A stretch of 64,000 bases of DNA from the human T2T-CHM13v2.0 reference genome, Homo sapiens: assembly GCF_009914755.1 (NCBI RefSeq), contig NC_060931.1; one strand, written 5' to 3'. The position numbers and the translations under genes are program-made. Within the stretch, counting starts at the first letter, position 1. Every line of letters begins with the position of its first letter. The notes under the pieces were generated by a model. The model had not been told where the DNA came from. It saw only the letters and a list, made by a program, of their open reading frames with translations, and did no database searches. Below, in pieces: positions 40,494 through 52,985 of this stretch.

Positions 40494-41149
40494 CTGCAGC
40501 ATGTTAAAAATAAAATAAACAGTTATTTAACAACATAAGTACTGTTTTTTCCTAATTTCACACACACACAAAATCTGATGGATAATATTTAAAATGCAAG
40601 CCAAAGAAGGTAATGGAGAAAAAATAAAAAGGAAATGCTTAACTTGAGACACATTTTAATGTCACTATGCTGTTACAGTTTGAATAGAAGATTTCAATGA
40701 AAAGTACATGCTGCTTGGAAGCATATGAATAAATAAAAACAAATACAATGTTAAGATTAGATTAAAGTACATTCATATACAAGTATATAATCTATGGCTC
40801 CCTGGTACAACATAGTAAAAATTTTATTAGACTGTTAAGAATATGAAACAAAAAGTAAATGAATTTCAAATCTAATATACATGACTACATAATCTAAAGA
40901 GAAAAGACCTCTTTAAATTCAACATAAAAACCCAAAATATAAATAAAGAAAATGAAAAAGAATAGACTCATAAGAAACTGCATAAAACAAAAGCATTATA
41001 AAATCCAAAGAAGAAGCAAGTAACAAAAACAGGAAAAGAAATCCCAACATGTAACTGGGAGAGTTAATGTTATTAACATATAGAGCACTGAAAAAAGAAG
41101 CCTCATCCCCCACTCCTCTCCCCACCGAAAAACAACAAAAGAAATATAC

Positions 41150-42540
41150 ACAAATAATATAAACTAGAAATCAACACACGAAAAATACAAATAATAAACA
41201 CATGAGAAAAACCCAACCCCACATCAAATCAGATAATACCAATTAAGGTAATATGGTGTCATTATTCATCTACCAATTAACAAAAATGTAAAATAAAAAT
41301 ACTCAATATTGGCAAGGATATAAGAAAATAGGCTCTCCTATACACTGCTGGTCAGAATATAAATTGGTATACCCATTTTATAAATCAACTGGATAAAATT
41401 AACAAGTCTTTAAAATATACCTATGTACCAGATCTAAAAACTCTACTTATGGTACTCAAGTACTATATGCAAAGATATTCATTATAGGGTTGTTTAAACT
41501 TCATTACAAGGTTGTTTAGAATTGCAGAGAAATAAAAACAAACCAATCCAATGGCTAAATGAAATATGTACTCAAAGTATACCACTTAAAAAAGAAAAAA
41601 GAAAAAAAGCTATATAAAGGCAGTATAACCTCTTTTTTTGTAAGGAAGACGAAGAGAAAAAACAAAAATAAAAAAACAAAAACAAACAAAAAAGCAGAAG
41701 GATATTTTACAAAATGTCAACAGAGGTTACAGCAGACTGGTAGACTTATGGGCGGTATCTATTTTCTTATTTTTGCTTCTTTATATGTTCAGAATTAAAA
41801 AGAAACATACTTTATAGTCAAGGGGCAAAAGGAAGAAATTTTTTAAGGTGAGCAAATGAATATGTTTCTTGATTGTGGTGGCGGTTATATAATTACATGC
41901 ACTTGTCAAAACTCATAGAACTGTATATCAGAAAGAATGAATTTAACTACATAAATTTTAAAAATGAATATAAATTAAGTATACTAAAATTTATAATAAT
42001 AACTATAAATGTGTGAATGTGTGTATAAATCATTATTATCATTAATCTTCTTATGTGGCCAATTTCACTTCCAGGCATTCAATCCTAGCAAATATTAAAA
42101 TATAAGAGTATTTACATCTAAGAAAATGCAACCAGCATTATTTAAAGCAACAACTAAGAGTGAACAATAGATGTTTGGGTAAATAAGATATAATCTGACA
42201 ATAGGATATTGATTATAAAGATTTTGATCCAGCCATATAATCAAACAGTAAGAGTCCTTGAAAGCTGATATCGTAACAGAAAATTAATTTTTTAAAACTC
42301 AAAATATTAAGTGAGAAAAAAAACACGTCATAAAATAGCATGTGCCCTAAGCTCCTAATTTTGCATGAGAAATGGGGGAGGGAGGAGCAGAAGGGAGGGA
42401 CAGAGAAGGTTGAGTACTTGTTTATATGGACATGGAAAAAAGTGTAAAGTATGGTAAGATGTTATAGTAGTTATGATATATGTAGTGGGATATATTATTT
42501 GGACTGTTTCTTATTTCCTATAATGAACAGTTAGTACTTC
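41150..42540 (+). mobile_element. Ancient L1M (L1MC/L1ME-like) 3' fragments
   Basis: tattggcaaggat…tacactgctggtcagaatataaattggta; cttgattgtggtggcggtta…gtcaaaactcatagaactgta. Confidence 0.6.
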
Positions 42541-45182
42541 TGTGATCAGAAAAAATCTTTTAAACATCAATATTCCATATGTTTACACTTGACTATGAGA
42601 TGGAAATGTAGCACTGAGGGCATCTAAAAGAGTGAACCTATTAAATAATTATATTAACAATTCAAAAAATTTAACAACTTGAACAGTTATAGATAGCATG
42701 GAAATTGTATTACCTACTAAATCCTGAATGTATCAGCACCTGGTTTTCTCCCCCATTCAATGTATGGCATTATCTACCCTGGCTATTAAAACACTCGTAC
42801 TAGGTAATGTTCCCTTTGTTCACAAAGTGAGATTTTTTAAAATGCAAAAAAAATCATAATGGATATTCCATTATCATTATTTAGAAAACACTAAGAGAAT
42901 TCAACACTTGAGCCTGCTGAGGACACCGCATCAATCAACAAATTTAATTTTGAAGAGCTGATTACAACCTAAATAAAGGGTGTACAGCTATATGCTCACT
43001 CACTTTTCTAAGATATGATCCTTGAAAAAGTTTAAAATAACATGTCCAAAGCTCAGATGTGTACACTAAAGACCAAAGAGGGCAATATTTCCTAAGACCC
43101 AACACCACCAAGTTATAGGCCAGCAGCACACATCTTTCCCTGGATTGCAAACAGAATCAATAGTTTGAGATCCACTGGGAAGAATAACAAAGTAAGAAAC
43201 ATGGCCACAACACTTTAATAGCACATTGCTTTGAAACAGTTAATATGATGCTAGGAGGAAAAGTCACACGATATGAATCCTGAAACTTAAATAAGCCTAG
43301 AATACATTGACTAAGCTAATAGCTGCTGAGGATGGAGAGTCACATTCAACTTTAAAAAAGTAGTAAACCTACTGCAAGGAAATGAAACTCCGTAGAGCTC
43401 TCTAACAGAGAATCACTGTAAATGAACAAATAAAAACAAAGAGGACTACAACATTATTTATTGATATAGAACCATATCTTGGGAAAAAATAATATAAAAC
43501 ATTTTTCCCCATCTACTATTTGCTATTCCTAGAAGAAATATGTATTGAATAGTTTTCAGATCTTGCCAGATTCGGGATAACGTAACTGGGCTGGAAAATG
43601 TGACACAATGTACTTAAGTGGATCATTATGGAAAACTAGAATATCCTATAATTCAAGAGAAACAAAGAAAATATGGAAATCAAGTTTAAGGAACCCAACA
43701 CGAACATTTTGATGTCTTAACTTGGTGTTGATAGCTAGATTAAAAGTGAAGTACGTATGTTTACTTCCTTAAAGACTTGTCTCTTTTCAGAATAGACTTG
43801 AAGGGGCTTTACAACAAAGGCTATAATAAAGTTTATACAAGAGAAAACTGGGATTATGAATATAACATACTGGGCTGATAGAAACTTTACCTTCCCATGA
43901 ATAGTCCAGGCTAAATCTTCATAGCACACACTTTTCGGCATTACTACGCCCTTTTAGCCCTGGTTGCTCCTGGGGACTCAAGTGTGGCACCAACTGCATG
44001 GCATTGGGAACTCGGTGACAACACAACCACTTAGCACAGATAATGTACTGTTACTTTGTATATCAAGCACAAGGCATTTTAAGGCAAGGTTCTGTGCTAT
44101 GGGCAAAGCTTGTATATTTTAAATGACAAAGTTCCTTGAAATGTCAGTATTCCATTTTTAATAGCTCAGGGTAAAAAACAAAGCAGGTACCTACTCAACT
44201 TTCCATGAGATAAGACTATGAAGCCAGAGATTACTAGGATTTAGAAAAGGCAACAACTCTCTTAACAATATAAACAGGACATCCCTGTAACCATATATCC
44301 TTTCATTCTAAATCTTTTAACAATCTGAAGCATACATATAAAGAACTGAGAAAGACTAATCTTTCACTATAATATGGATAATCTATGGTAGGCAAAATCT
44401 GTTTTACAACTCACATAGGCAGATGAGCAAATAAGAGTAGGAAAAAGAGCTTTATTTCTTGTCAAAACTACATATGAGGTGCAATATATACGAACCTAAG
44501 AAAATTATATGCTGACATAAAACAGAAAAAGAACTGAAATATCAAAGGAGGCCGAACCATAAACTTGTAAGGTAATATTGCATTTAGAAGCTGTAAAACA
44601 TGATCACTGTGAATATCAATTAGCTGTTAACAGAATAATTAAAGTAGCCATGTATTCAATTAATTGAATTCTAGGCTTTTGTTAGGAGAAATTACATAGG
44701 GTTCAATGAGTCTTTACCAAGTGGCATTAATACACAAAGTATTATACTTCCAGCACTGTTTTCCAAACCATATCAGAGGGTGACCTTCAGTAGGGTAACT
44801 CACCTAGGTGAACTTAAATGATGTCCAACCTATTATCATACTTTTCAATGACTATTTGGAGGCATAAACATCAGCTATAAGCAGATCCCAGCTGGAAATG
44901 TTAAACTGCACTGATGTCCACTAACACTATAACACCTAATATAAGGTGAACATAGACCAGAGAGATGAAATACAAAAGCCCATTCTTCCAATAGACTTCC
45001 TAATCTGAAGTCTGGAACTCAAACCCAAGCACCCAGGATTAGATCAAGGCAGCTGGTTTTGGTGCTTGTTTTGTCTTCCCCTTCTCAGAGTTTCAAGAGC
45101 CCTGATCGACATTTTAAGTTTCTTCATACTAATAACATACAGAAAACAGCCAACTGATCATGTCCTTTGCCACCTTGGGGTA

Positions 45183-47470
45183 TGATATGGTTTGGCTCTG
45201 TGTCTGCACCCAAATCTTATCTTGAACTGTAATCCCCATAATCCCCACATGTTGAGGGATGGACCAGATGGGAGGTGAATGGATAATGGGGGAGGTTCCC
45301 CCTGCTATTCTTGTGATAGTGAGTGGGTGCTCACAAGATCTGATGGTTTTATAAGCATTTGACGGTTCCTCCTTCACATGCTCTTTCACTCTCTGGCTTG
45401 CCGTGTGAAGAAGGTTCCTGCTTTCCCTTTGCCTTCCACCATGATTGTAAGTTTCCTGAGGCCTTCCCAGGAAGCGTAACTGTGAGTTAATTAAATCTCT
45501 TTCTTTTATAAATTAACTACTCTTGGGTAGTATCTTTATAGCAGTGTGAAAATGAAATAATACAGTTAACTGGTACCAAGGTAGTGGGGCACTGCTATAA
45601 AGATACAGAAAATGTGGAAGCAAGTTTGGAACTGGGTAATGGACAGACGTTGGGACAATTTGGAGATCTCAGAAGATGAAAGGAAGATATGGGAAAGTCT
45701 GGAACTTCTGAGAGACTTGTTGAACGGTTTTGACCAAAATGCTGATAGTGATATGGACAATGAAGTCCAGGCTGAGGTGGTCTCAAGATAGATATGAGGA
45801 ACTTACTGGGAACTGGAGCAAAGGTGACACTTGCTATGCTTTAGCAAAGACACTGGTGGCATTTTGCCCCTACCCTAGAGAACTGTGAAACTTTGAACTT
45901 GAGAGAGATGATGTGAAATTGGAACTTATGTTTAAAAGGGAAGCAGGGCATAAAAGTTTGGAAAATTGGCAGCCTGACCATGTGGTAGAAAAGAAAAACC
46001 TATTTTTCTGGGGAGAAATTCAAGCCAGCTGCAAAGATTTGTAAGATTAACAAGGAGCTGAATGTTAATCACCAAGACAATGGGGAAAATGTCTCCAGGG
46101 CATGTCAGAGGACTTCACAGAAGCCCCTCCCATCGTAGGTCCAGAGGCCTAGGAAGGAAAAACGGTTGCCTGGACCAGACCCAGGGCACTGCTGCTGTGT
46201 GCAGCCTCAGGACTTGGTGCCCTGAGTCCCAGCAGCTCCAGCTCTAGCCGTGGCTAAAAGAGGCCAAGGTATAGCTCAGGCCACTGCTTCAGAGGGTGCA
46301 AGCCCCAAGCCTTAGCAGCTTTCATGTGATGTTGGGCCTGCAGGCGCACAGAAGTCAAGAATTGAGGTTTGCGAACCTCCACCTAGATTTCAGAGGATGT
46401 ATGGAAAAGCCTGGATATCCAGGCAGAAGTCTGCTGCAGGGGCAAAGCCCTCATGAAGAACCTCTGCTAGGGCAGTGCAGAAGGGAAATGGGGGGTTGGA
46501 GCCCCCACGCAGAGTCCCTACTGGGGCACTGCCTAGTGGACCTGTGAGAAGAGGGCCACTGTCCTCTAGACCCCAGAATGGTAGATCCACTGACAGCTTG
46601 CACAGTGCACCTGGAAACGTCACAGGCACTCAATGCCAGCCCATGAGAGCAGCATGGGGGCAGTACCCTGCAAAAACACAGGGGCGAAGCTATCTAAGGC
46701 CATGGGAGCCCACCTCTTGCATGAGGGTGAACTAGACATGAGACATGGAGTCAAAGGAGATTATTTTAGAGCTTTAAGACTTCATGACTGCCCTGCTGGA
46801 TTTCAGACTTGCGTGGGGCCTGTAGCCTCCTTATTTTGGCCAATTTCTCTGATTTGGAATGAGAGCGCTTACCCAATGCCAGTACCCCCACTTTATCTTG
46901 GAAGTAACTTACTTACTTTTGATTTTACAGGCTCCTACATAGAAGGGACTTTCCTTGTCTCAAATGAGACTTTGGACTTGGACTTTTGGGTTAATGCTTG
47001 AATGAGTTAAGACTCTGGGGGACTGTGAGGAAGGCCTGATTAATTTTGAAATGTAAAAAGAATCTTATATTTGGCAGGGGCCAGGGTGGAATGACATGGT
47101 TTGGCTCTGTGTCCCTACCCAAATTTCATCTCAAACTGTAATCTCCATAATCTCCACGTGTCAAGGGACAGACCTGGTGGGAAGTGGTTGGATCATGGGG
47201 GCGGTTTCCCACGAGCAGTTCCAGTGATCAAGAGCAAGCTCTCATGAGATCTGATGGTTCTGTAAGTGTCTGAAGGTTTCTCTTTCACAGGCTCTTTCTC
47301 CTGCCACCTTGTAAAAAAGGTGCCTGCTTCCCCTTTGCCTTCTGCTATGATTGTAAGGTTCCTGAGGCCTCCTCAGCCATGTGAAATTGTGAGACAATTA
47401 AACCTCTTTCCTTTATAAACTACCCAGTCTCGGGTATTTCTTTATAGCAGTGTGAAAATGGACTAATGCA
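45183..47470 (+). mobile_element. Full-length THE1D element: 5' LTR 45183-45564, internal 45565-47091, 3' LTR 47092-47470
   Basis: Two THE1D-type LTRs flank a ~1.5-kb THE1-int sequence (aatgtggaagcaagtttggaactgggtaa…; polypurine tract ggggccagggtggaa before the 3' LTR). Confidence 0.93.
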
Positions 47471-48773
47471 AAAGTATATCTGCTATTCTCTTAAATAAGA
47501 ATGCAGAGCCAAAAATGAATGATTTTTGAAATTAAAAAGTAAAGCCAACATTGAATAAAGACAGGAGGTTGTTGGAGTACACAAATTTTGAATAGAAAGT
47601 GATCTGGTGGTGTTTTGCTTTAAATTATCCCAGAAGTTCTCTCATAACTTTTATGTATATCATAGCGCTTAACAAAAGAAGCAAAATGCAGTGCTGGATG
47701 AAATTAGAACCAATTTTATAAACTTTCTTCTATAGCTTGAGAGAGAGGGAACAATTGTAAACTATACATTTACTCCTCCAGTTTTCTAGTTTTATTTCAT
47801 AATTTGGATGTTATTAGCACTATGACACAGTAAGAAACTCAGTGAGGAGACAGAAGACTTGGGTGCCCATGTTGACTCTTCGGAATCACCACATCACCAT
47901 GCACTGACCCAGCCCTGCACCCATGTTCCAAACCACTCTTGGATATTACTTCCAGAGTCTTTGCCAAGTCATACCCTAGCTGCTTCTCCTACTTTTGCAG
48001 CTAATAAAACCTTTCAATATGTTTCCTATGGCACTTGTTTTTGCTTTTACCTTGTATGATACATGCTTACTTACCCACTACTCCTCTCCTTAACTGTAAA
48101 CTCTCTGAGACAAGAGAAGGGCTTTCCTCCTCTCTGCCTGTATCTTTGGCTCAAGCTAGATCTGTACTTTCCACAAGGAAACACTCAGTACACAGTAGCT
48201 GAATCAAATGAACTGCACTGAGGGCAAGAGTTTGTACAAAGTAAGTAGGTACAGCTTCTGGGAAGGAAATCTGTCCTAATGTCTACGATTTAGTTCAAAC
48301 TACCACATGATATACAGTGTGATTTTATGTGTACATTATTATGTATGTACATTATTATGTAAGCTCTGAATTAGGTGCTGCCAGCATGTTACTCAGGAAT
48401 GCACAATCCAGGAGCAATCAGCAAGTATTCTTATTAGAAGCTCAAAAAGTAGGAGGCTACTAGAAGGGCTTCAGTCATCCATGTCTTAATCAACAGTGAT
48501 GTTTTGCTAATTAGCAAAATGACTGCTGGAAATGGGATTTTATTGGTGAAAATGGTCCATTAACCAGCATGATAAATGTTAGATATGAGTTCTTATCAGT
48601 AAAATGAGAGCTCTCACAAAGATATCAGAATTAGCTGCCATATTATAAAGACACTCCTACATATGCTGCATGAACAGGTTAAAGAAATCCAATGAGGCCT
48701 CTAGCTTTTACTGTAGGAGTGGTACCTCAGAATTGATCCCTAAAAAGCTCTGTATCCAGCCATGTGTTTAAGA

Positions 48774-48994
48774 CAAAGATTCTCATCCTTGGCACTATCA
48801 ACAATTTGGACCAGATAATTCTTTGTTATGGAGACAGATCTTACATACTGTAGAATGTTTAGCAGTACTCGTGGCCTCTAATCCGTACAGCCCAGCAGCA
48901 CTACCCCCTACTCTGAGTTGTGACAAGCAAAATGTCTCCAGACATTGCGAAATGTTGCCTAGGAGGCAAAATCGCCTTCTGTGGAAAACCACAG
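48774..48994 (+). mobile_element. MER20 (hAT-Charlie)
   Basis: ttctcatccttggcactat…gtagaatgtttagcag…aatgtctccagacattgc…aaaccacag, with perfect 8-bp TSD GTTTAAGA. Confidence 0.92.
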
Positions 48995-49004
48995 GTTTAA
49001 GAGG

Positions 49005-49370
49005 TGATATGGTTTGGCTGTGTCCCCACCTAAATCTCATCTTGAATTGTAGCTCCCCTAATTCCCACGTGTCATGCACGGGACCCACTGGGAAGTAACT
49101 GAATAATGGGGGAAGGTTTTTCCTGTGCTGTCCTCATGACAGTGAATAAGTCTCATGAGATATGATTGTTTTATAAAGGGGAATTCCTCTGCACAAGCTC
49201 TCTTTGCCTGCCACTATGTAAGAAGTGACATTGCTCTTCCTTTGCCTTCCGCCATGATTGTGAGGTCTCCCCAGCTATGTGGAACTGTGAGTCCATTAAA
49301 CCTCTTTTTCTTCATAAATTACCCAGTCTCAGGTATGTCTTTATTAGCAGTGTAAGAACAGACTACTACA
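49005..49370 (+). mobile_element. THE1B solo LTR
   Basis: TGATATGGTTTGGCTGTGTCC…GACTACTACA with TSD AGAGG. Inserted directly beside the MER20. Confidence 0.92.
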
Positions 49371-49805
49371 AGAGGATTGTTGGTTGTTTGAGATCAAATA
49401 CAAAAAGCCTCATCTGTCTCAGGTGAAACTTTCTTGCAAAGAAAATACTTAAAAGAACAGAAAACTGCAACTTCATTGAGTTTTACAAAACGGGTCATAT
49501 GAATCATTTTGTACTGGATTTCTAATAAAGTTTTGTTCAATAAATGTCTGTACATATTGTAGATTGGGGTTGGGTCTGCTTGTGTTATCTATCATCTGGT
49601 GGTTGGGTTGAATTGCAAAGGCGTAAGGTACAAAAGCAATGAGAGTGGCTCAAATCTTTGTAATGTAATGAAATCATTCCCCAGTGAGAAAATATATAAA
49701 ATATGTACAAAAGCTCGTTCTTTTCTACAACTTCTGGTAAAACTAGAATCAAAGCTTCTATCACATATAAGACTTTGAATCCATTTAACTTATGTTCAGA
49801 TCAGG

Positions 49806-49914
49806 CAAGGCTGAGATTCCATTGACACAAACTGGTTCTGGTTGTTTAACATTTGTTCTGCTTGGGCAGTGACTATGCCATACCTGTTGTTAAATATTTT
49901 ATATATAATTCCTG
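49806..49914. mobile_element. Short hAT-like MITE relic (family uncertain)
   Basis: caaggctgagattc…tgccatacctgttgttaaatatttt…cctg resembles a short MER consensus I recall. Confidence 0.4.
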
Positions 49915-51329
49915 AGAACAAGGCATATTGTGATTCCATTATAACTTACAAGTTTCATGTTACAAAGTAACATGACATTTCAACATGAAAGGTGCTGAAA
50001 CATATCACTGCATCAGTTCAGTGGCATATGCTCTGTGCTCTCCGCCCAACATCCATTTAAAACAAGAACACTCGTCACAATCCCCAACCCATAAGAAACA
50101 TTAAATAAATGCTGAATCAAAACTCAAATGAATGGCTAGGGTTTCAGAATTCTAACACAAGCAGTCTTATCTTCTCTAATGACAATGGCTTCAGCTACTA
50201 CATGTTTATGAAAGACACAAGTGAATATAAACAGCTAACAAGCCTAAAAGACCATGGTGAATCAAATTCAGCAACTGAATATAAAACACAGCTCCAAAAA
50301 GCTACATTCTATAAAACAAATTAAGGACTGTATGTCACAGTATCACTAGCAAACTTAAAAACTTCAAAGCTAAGAATTAGCACTGAAAGAGGAAAAAGTG
50401 GTAAAAGAGGCCATATTCTATAAAACTGTGTGATTATATGGACTTAGAGCAGGAAGGGGTTTTTACTATTAAAGGCAGCTGCAGCACAGATTGGCGTTAT
50501 CAACTACTGAATGCTACCATCACTGGTAAAAGCAGGGTGGTCTCAACTCTAAACCACAGCTGTTGTGAGTACAGAGTGGGAAGAAATACTAAGCATTTTG
50601 AGTTACATAACTTAAGGTGCAATTATACTCAAATATCTCTATCTTCTTATTCCATATTGTGGGGAATAAAACTTCCATTTCCAGGCACTTACATATAATC
50701 TTGTTTTACCATGGAGATTAAAAATCTCAGAAGCACTCTGACATAGAGACGCCAGTTAAACTGCACTATCTGCACCAAGGTATTTGGTGTCAGTGAACTG
50801 ACAAGTAAATTGGACAACAACATGGAGACAATTACCGCACAACTTCTGAATTCCTTTTCTTTGTACTAACTTGTATTTGTTCAATTTAAATTTAGACTTA
50901 ATGTTCACACTATTGGGACCAATTGGCCACTCAACCTCTTTTCTTGCAATCTGTTTCACATTCAGAGCTGAAGAAAACATCCAGAGATCACTCAGTTCAT
51001 TTTCTAGGAAGTAAGCGAGGCTCCAAGCTCTTTGTCTGCTAAGGGAATTCTTGAAGGTCAGAAAGAGAATTGGTTCTGGGACTCCTGCCTCTTGACAGCA
51101 GTGTACTTCCCATTGCTCTGACTTTATTTCTTCTCATGCTGGCTTGAAGTTAAGAGAAGAAAATGTAAAAAATGACTAATCAAACATTTGTAGCAATTTT
51201 CAGCCCTATTCAACATAAAGATTTGTTTTTAAAGATTTTCTGCAACCATTATTGCACACTACACTAAAAATAACTTCAAATCCACCTGTATACTATGTCG
51301 GTTCAGGTCTTCTGGAATGCAGATGCTAA

Positions 51330-52680
51330 TGTGTCCGGAATTGGTGGGTTCTTGGTCTCACTGACTTCAAGAATGAAGCCGCGGACCCTCGCAGTGAGTG
51401 TTACAGTTCTTAAAGGCAGCGTGTCCGGAGTTTGTTCCTTCTGATGTTCAGATGTGTTCGGAGTTTCTTCCTTCTGGCGGGTTCGTGGTCTCGCTGGCTC
51501 AGGAGTGAAGCTGCAGACCTTCGCGGTGAGTGTTACAGCTCTTAAGGCGGCGTGTCTGGAGTTGTTTGTTCCTCCCGGTGGGCTCGTGGTCTCCCTGGCT
51601 TCAGGAGTGAAGCTGCAGACCTTCGCGGTGAGTGTTACAGCTCATAAAGGCAGTGTGGACCCAAAGAGTGAGCAGTAGCAAGATTTATTGCAGAGAGCCA
51701 AAGAACAAAGCTTCCACAGTGTGGAAAGGGACCCGAGCGGGTTGCCACTGCTGGCTGGGGCAGCCTGCTTTTATATTCTCTTTTCTGGCCCCACCCACAT
51801 CCTGCTGATTGGTAGAGCCGAGTGGTCTGTTTTGACAGGGCGCTGATTGGTGCGTTTACAATCCCTGAGCTAGACACAAAGATTCTCCACGTCCCCATCA
51901 GATTAGCTAGATACAGAGTGTGGACACAAAGGTTCTCCAAGGCCCCACCAGAGTAGCTAGATACAGAGTGTCGATTGGTGCATTCACAAACCCTGAGCTA
52001 GACACAAAGGTTCTCCACATCCCCACCAGACTCAGGAGCCCAGCTGGCTTCACCCAGTGGATCCCGCACCCAGGCTGCAGGTGGAGTTGCCTGCCAGTCC
52101 CGCGCCGTGCGCCCGCACTCCTCAGCCCTTGGGTGGTCGATGGGACTGGGCGCTGTGGAGCAGGGGGTGGCGCTCGTCGAGGAGGCTCGGGCCGCACAGG
52201 AGCCCACGGAGCGGGTGGGAGGCTCACGCATGGCGGGCTGCAGGTCCCGAGCCTTGCCCCACGGGAAGGCAGCTAAGGCCCGGCGAGAAATCGAGCGCAG
52301 CGCCGGTGGGCTGGCACTGCTGGGGGACCCAGTACACCCTCTGCAGCCACTGGCCCAGGTGCTAAGCCCCTCATTGCCCGGGGCCGGCAGGGCCGGCCGG
52401 CTGCTCCGAGTGCAGGGCCCGCCAAGCCCACACCCACCCGGAACTCCAGCTGGCCTGCAAGCGCCGCACACAGCCCCGGTTCCCGCTCGCGCCTCCCCCT
52501 CCACACCTCCCTACAAGCTGAGGGAGCGGGCTCTGGCCTTGGCCAGCCCAGAAAGGGGCTCCCACAGTGCAGCGGTGGGCTGAAGGGCTCCTCAAGTGCC
52601 ACCAAACTGGGAGCCCAGGCAGAGGAGGCGCCGAGAGCGAGCGAGGGCTGTGAGGACTGCCAGCACGCTGTCACCTCTCA
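51330..52680 (-). mobile_element. LTR12C solo LTR (ERV9), same orientation as CHCHD3
   Basis: Minus strand TGAGAGGTGACAGCGTG…TTCCGGACACA with perfect 4-bp TSD CTAA (51326-51329 and 52681-52684). GC-rich U3, CCAAT repeats and U5 tandem repeats. Confidence 0.96.
51768..51775 (-). promoter_or_regulatory. TATA box (TATAAAAG) of the LTR12C promoter, with upstream NF-Y CCAAT boxes
   Basis: Minus strand GGGGCCAGAAAAGAGAATATAAAAGCAGGCTG. CCAATC motifs near 51810, 51848 and 51976. Confidence 0.65.
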
Positions 52681-52985
52681 CTAAGACATAAAGTACAAGA
52701 GACTGATTATGGGGGCATGTGTGGGAAGGGTGGAGGAGAGAAGGAGCAGAAGAAAGCAGGAGAGCCTCAGACTGTGCTGCAGGTCTGACACCAGCAACAG
52801 GAGGGAAGGAAGGAAGATCATACGCAGCTCTGGGAAAATCTTAGCCAGGCTGATGGGGAGCCCCAGAGCGCATGGTGGATCCCAAAGGTGCAGCAGCTCG
52901 ATGCTGTCAGCTAACTGCACCACACCCTTTGAGGCAGGTTCTCTTAAACATAGAGCTAAAGGGCACGCTCCTATGGCCGCCACAT
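52681..52985. mobile_element. Old ERVL-type LTR relic split by the LTR12C insertion (remainder at about 51296-51329)
   Basis: The joined flanks read tgtcggttcaggtcttctggaatgcagatgctaagacat…gcaggtctgacacc…ttagccaggctgatggggag, resembling LTR16/33/41-class LTRs. Confidence 0.4.

Noticed and set aside
46062-47001. ORFs in the THE1D internal region
   Set aside because: Broken remnants of the MaLR internal sequence with no continuous frame.
51370-51650. Regularly spaced repeats (gtgagtgttacagct…) resembling a CRISPR-like array
   Set aside because: These are the normal U5 tandem repeats of LTR12. The DNA is eukaryotic, with no unique spacers or cas genes.
51454-52674. Dense cluster of long overlapping GC-rich ORFs (up to 168 aa) that looks like a CpG-island gene
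   Set aside because: All lie inside LTR12C. High GC content suppresses stop codons and none resembles a protein family.
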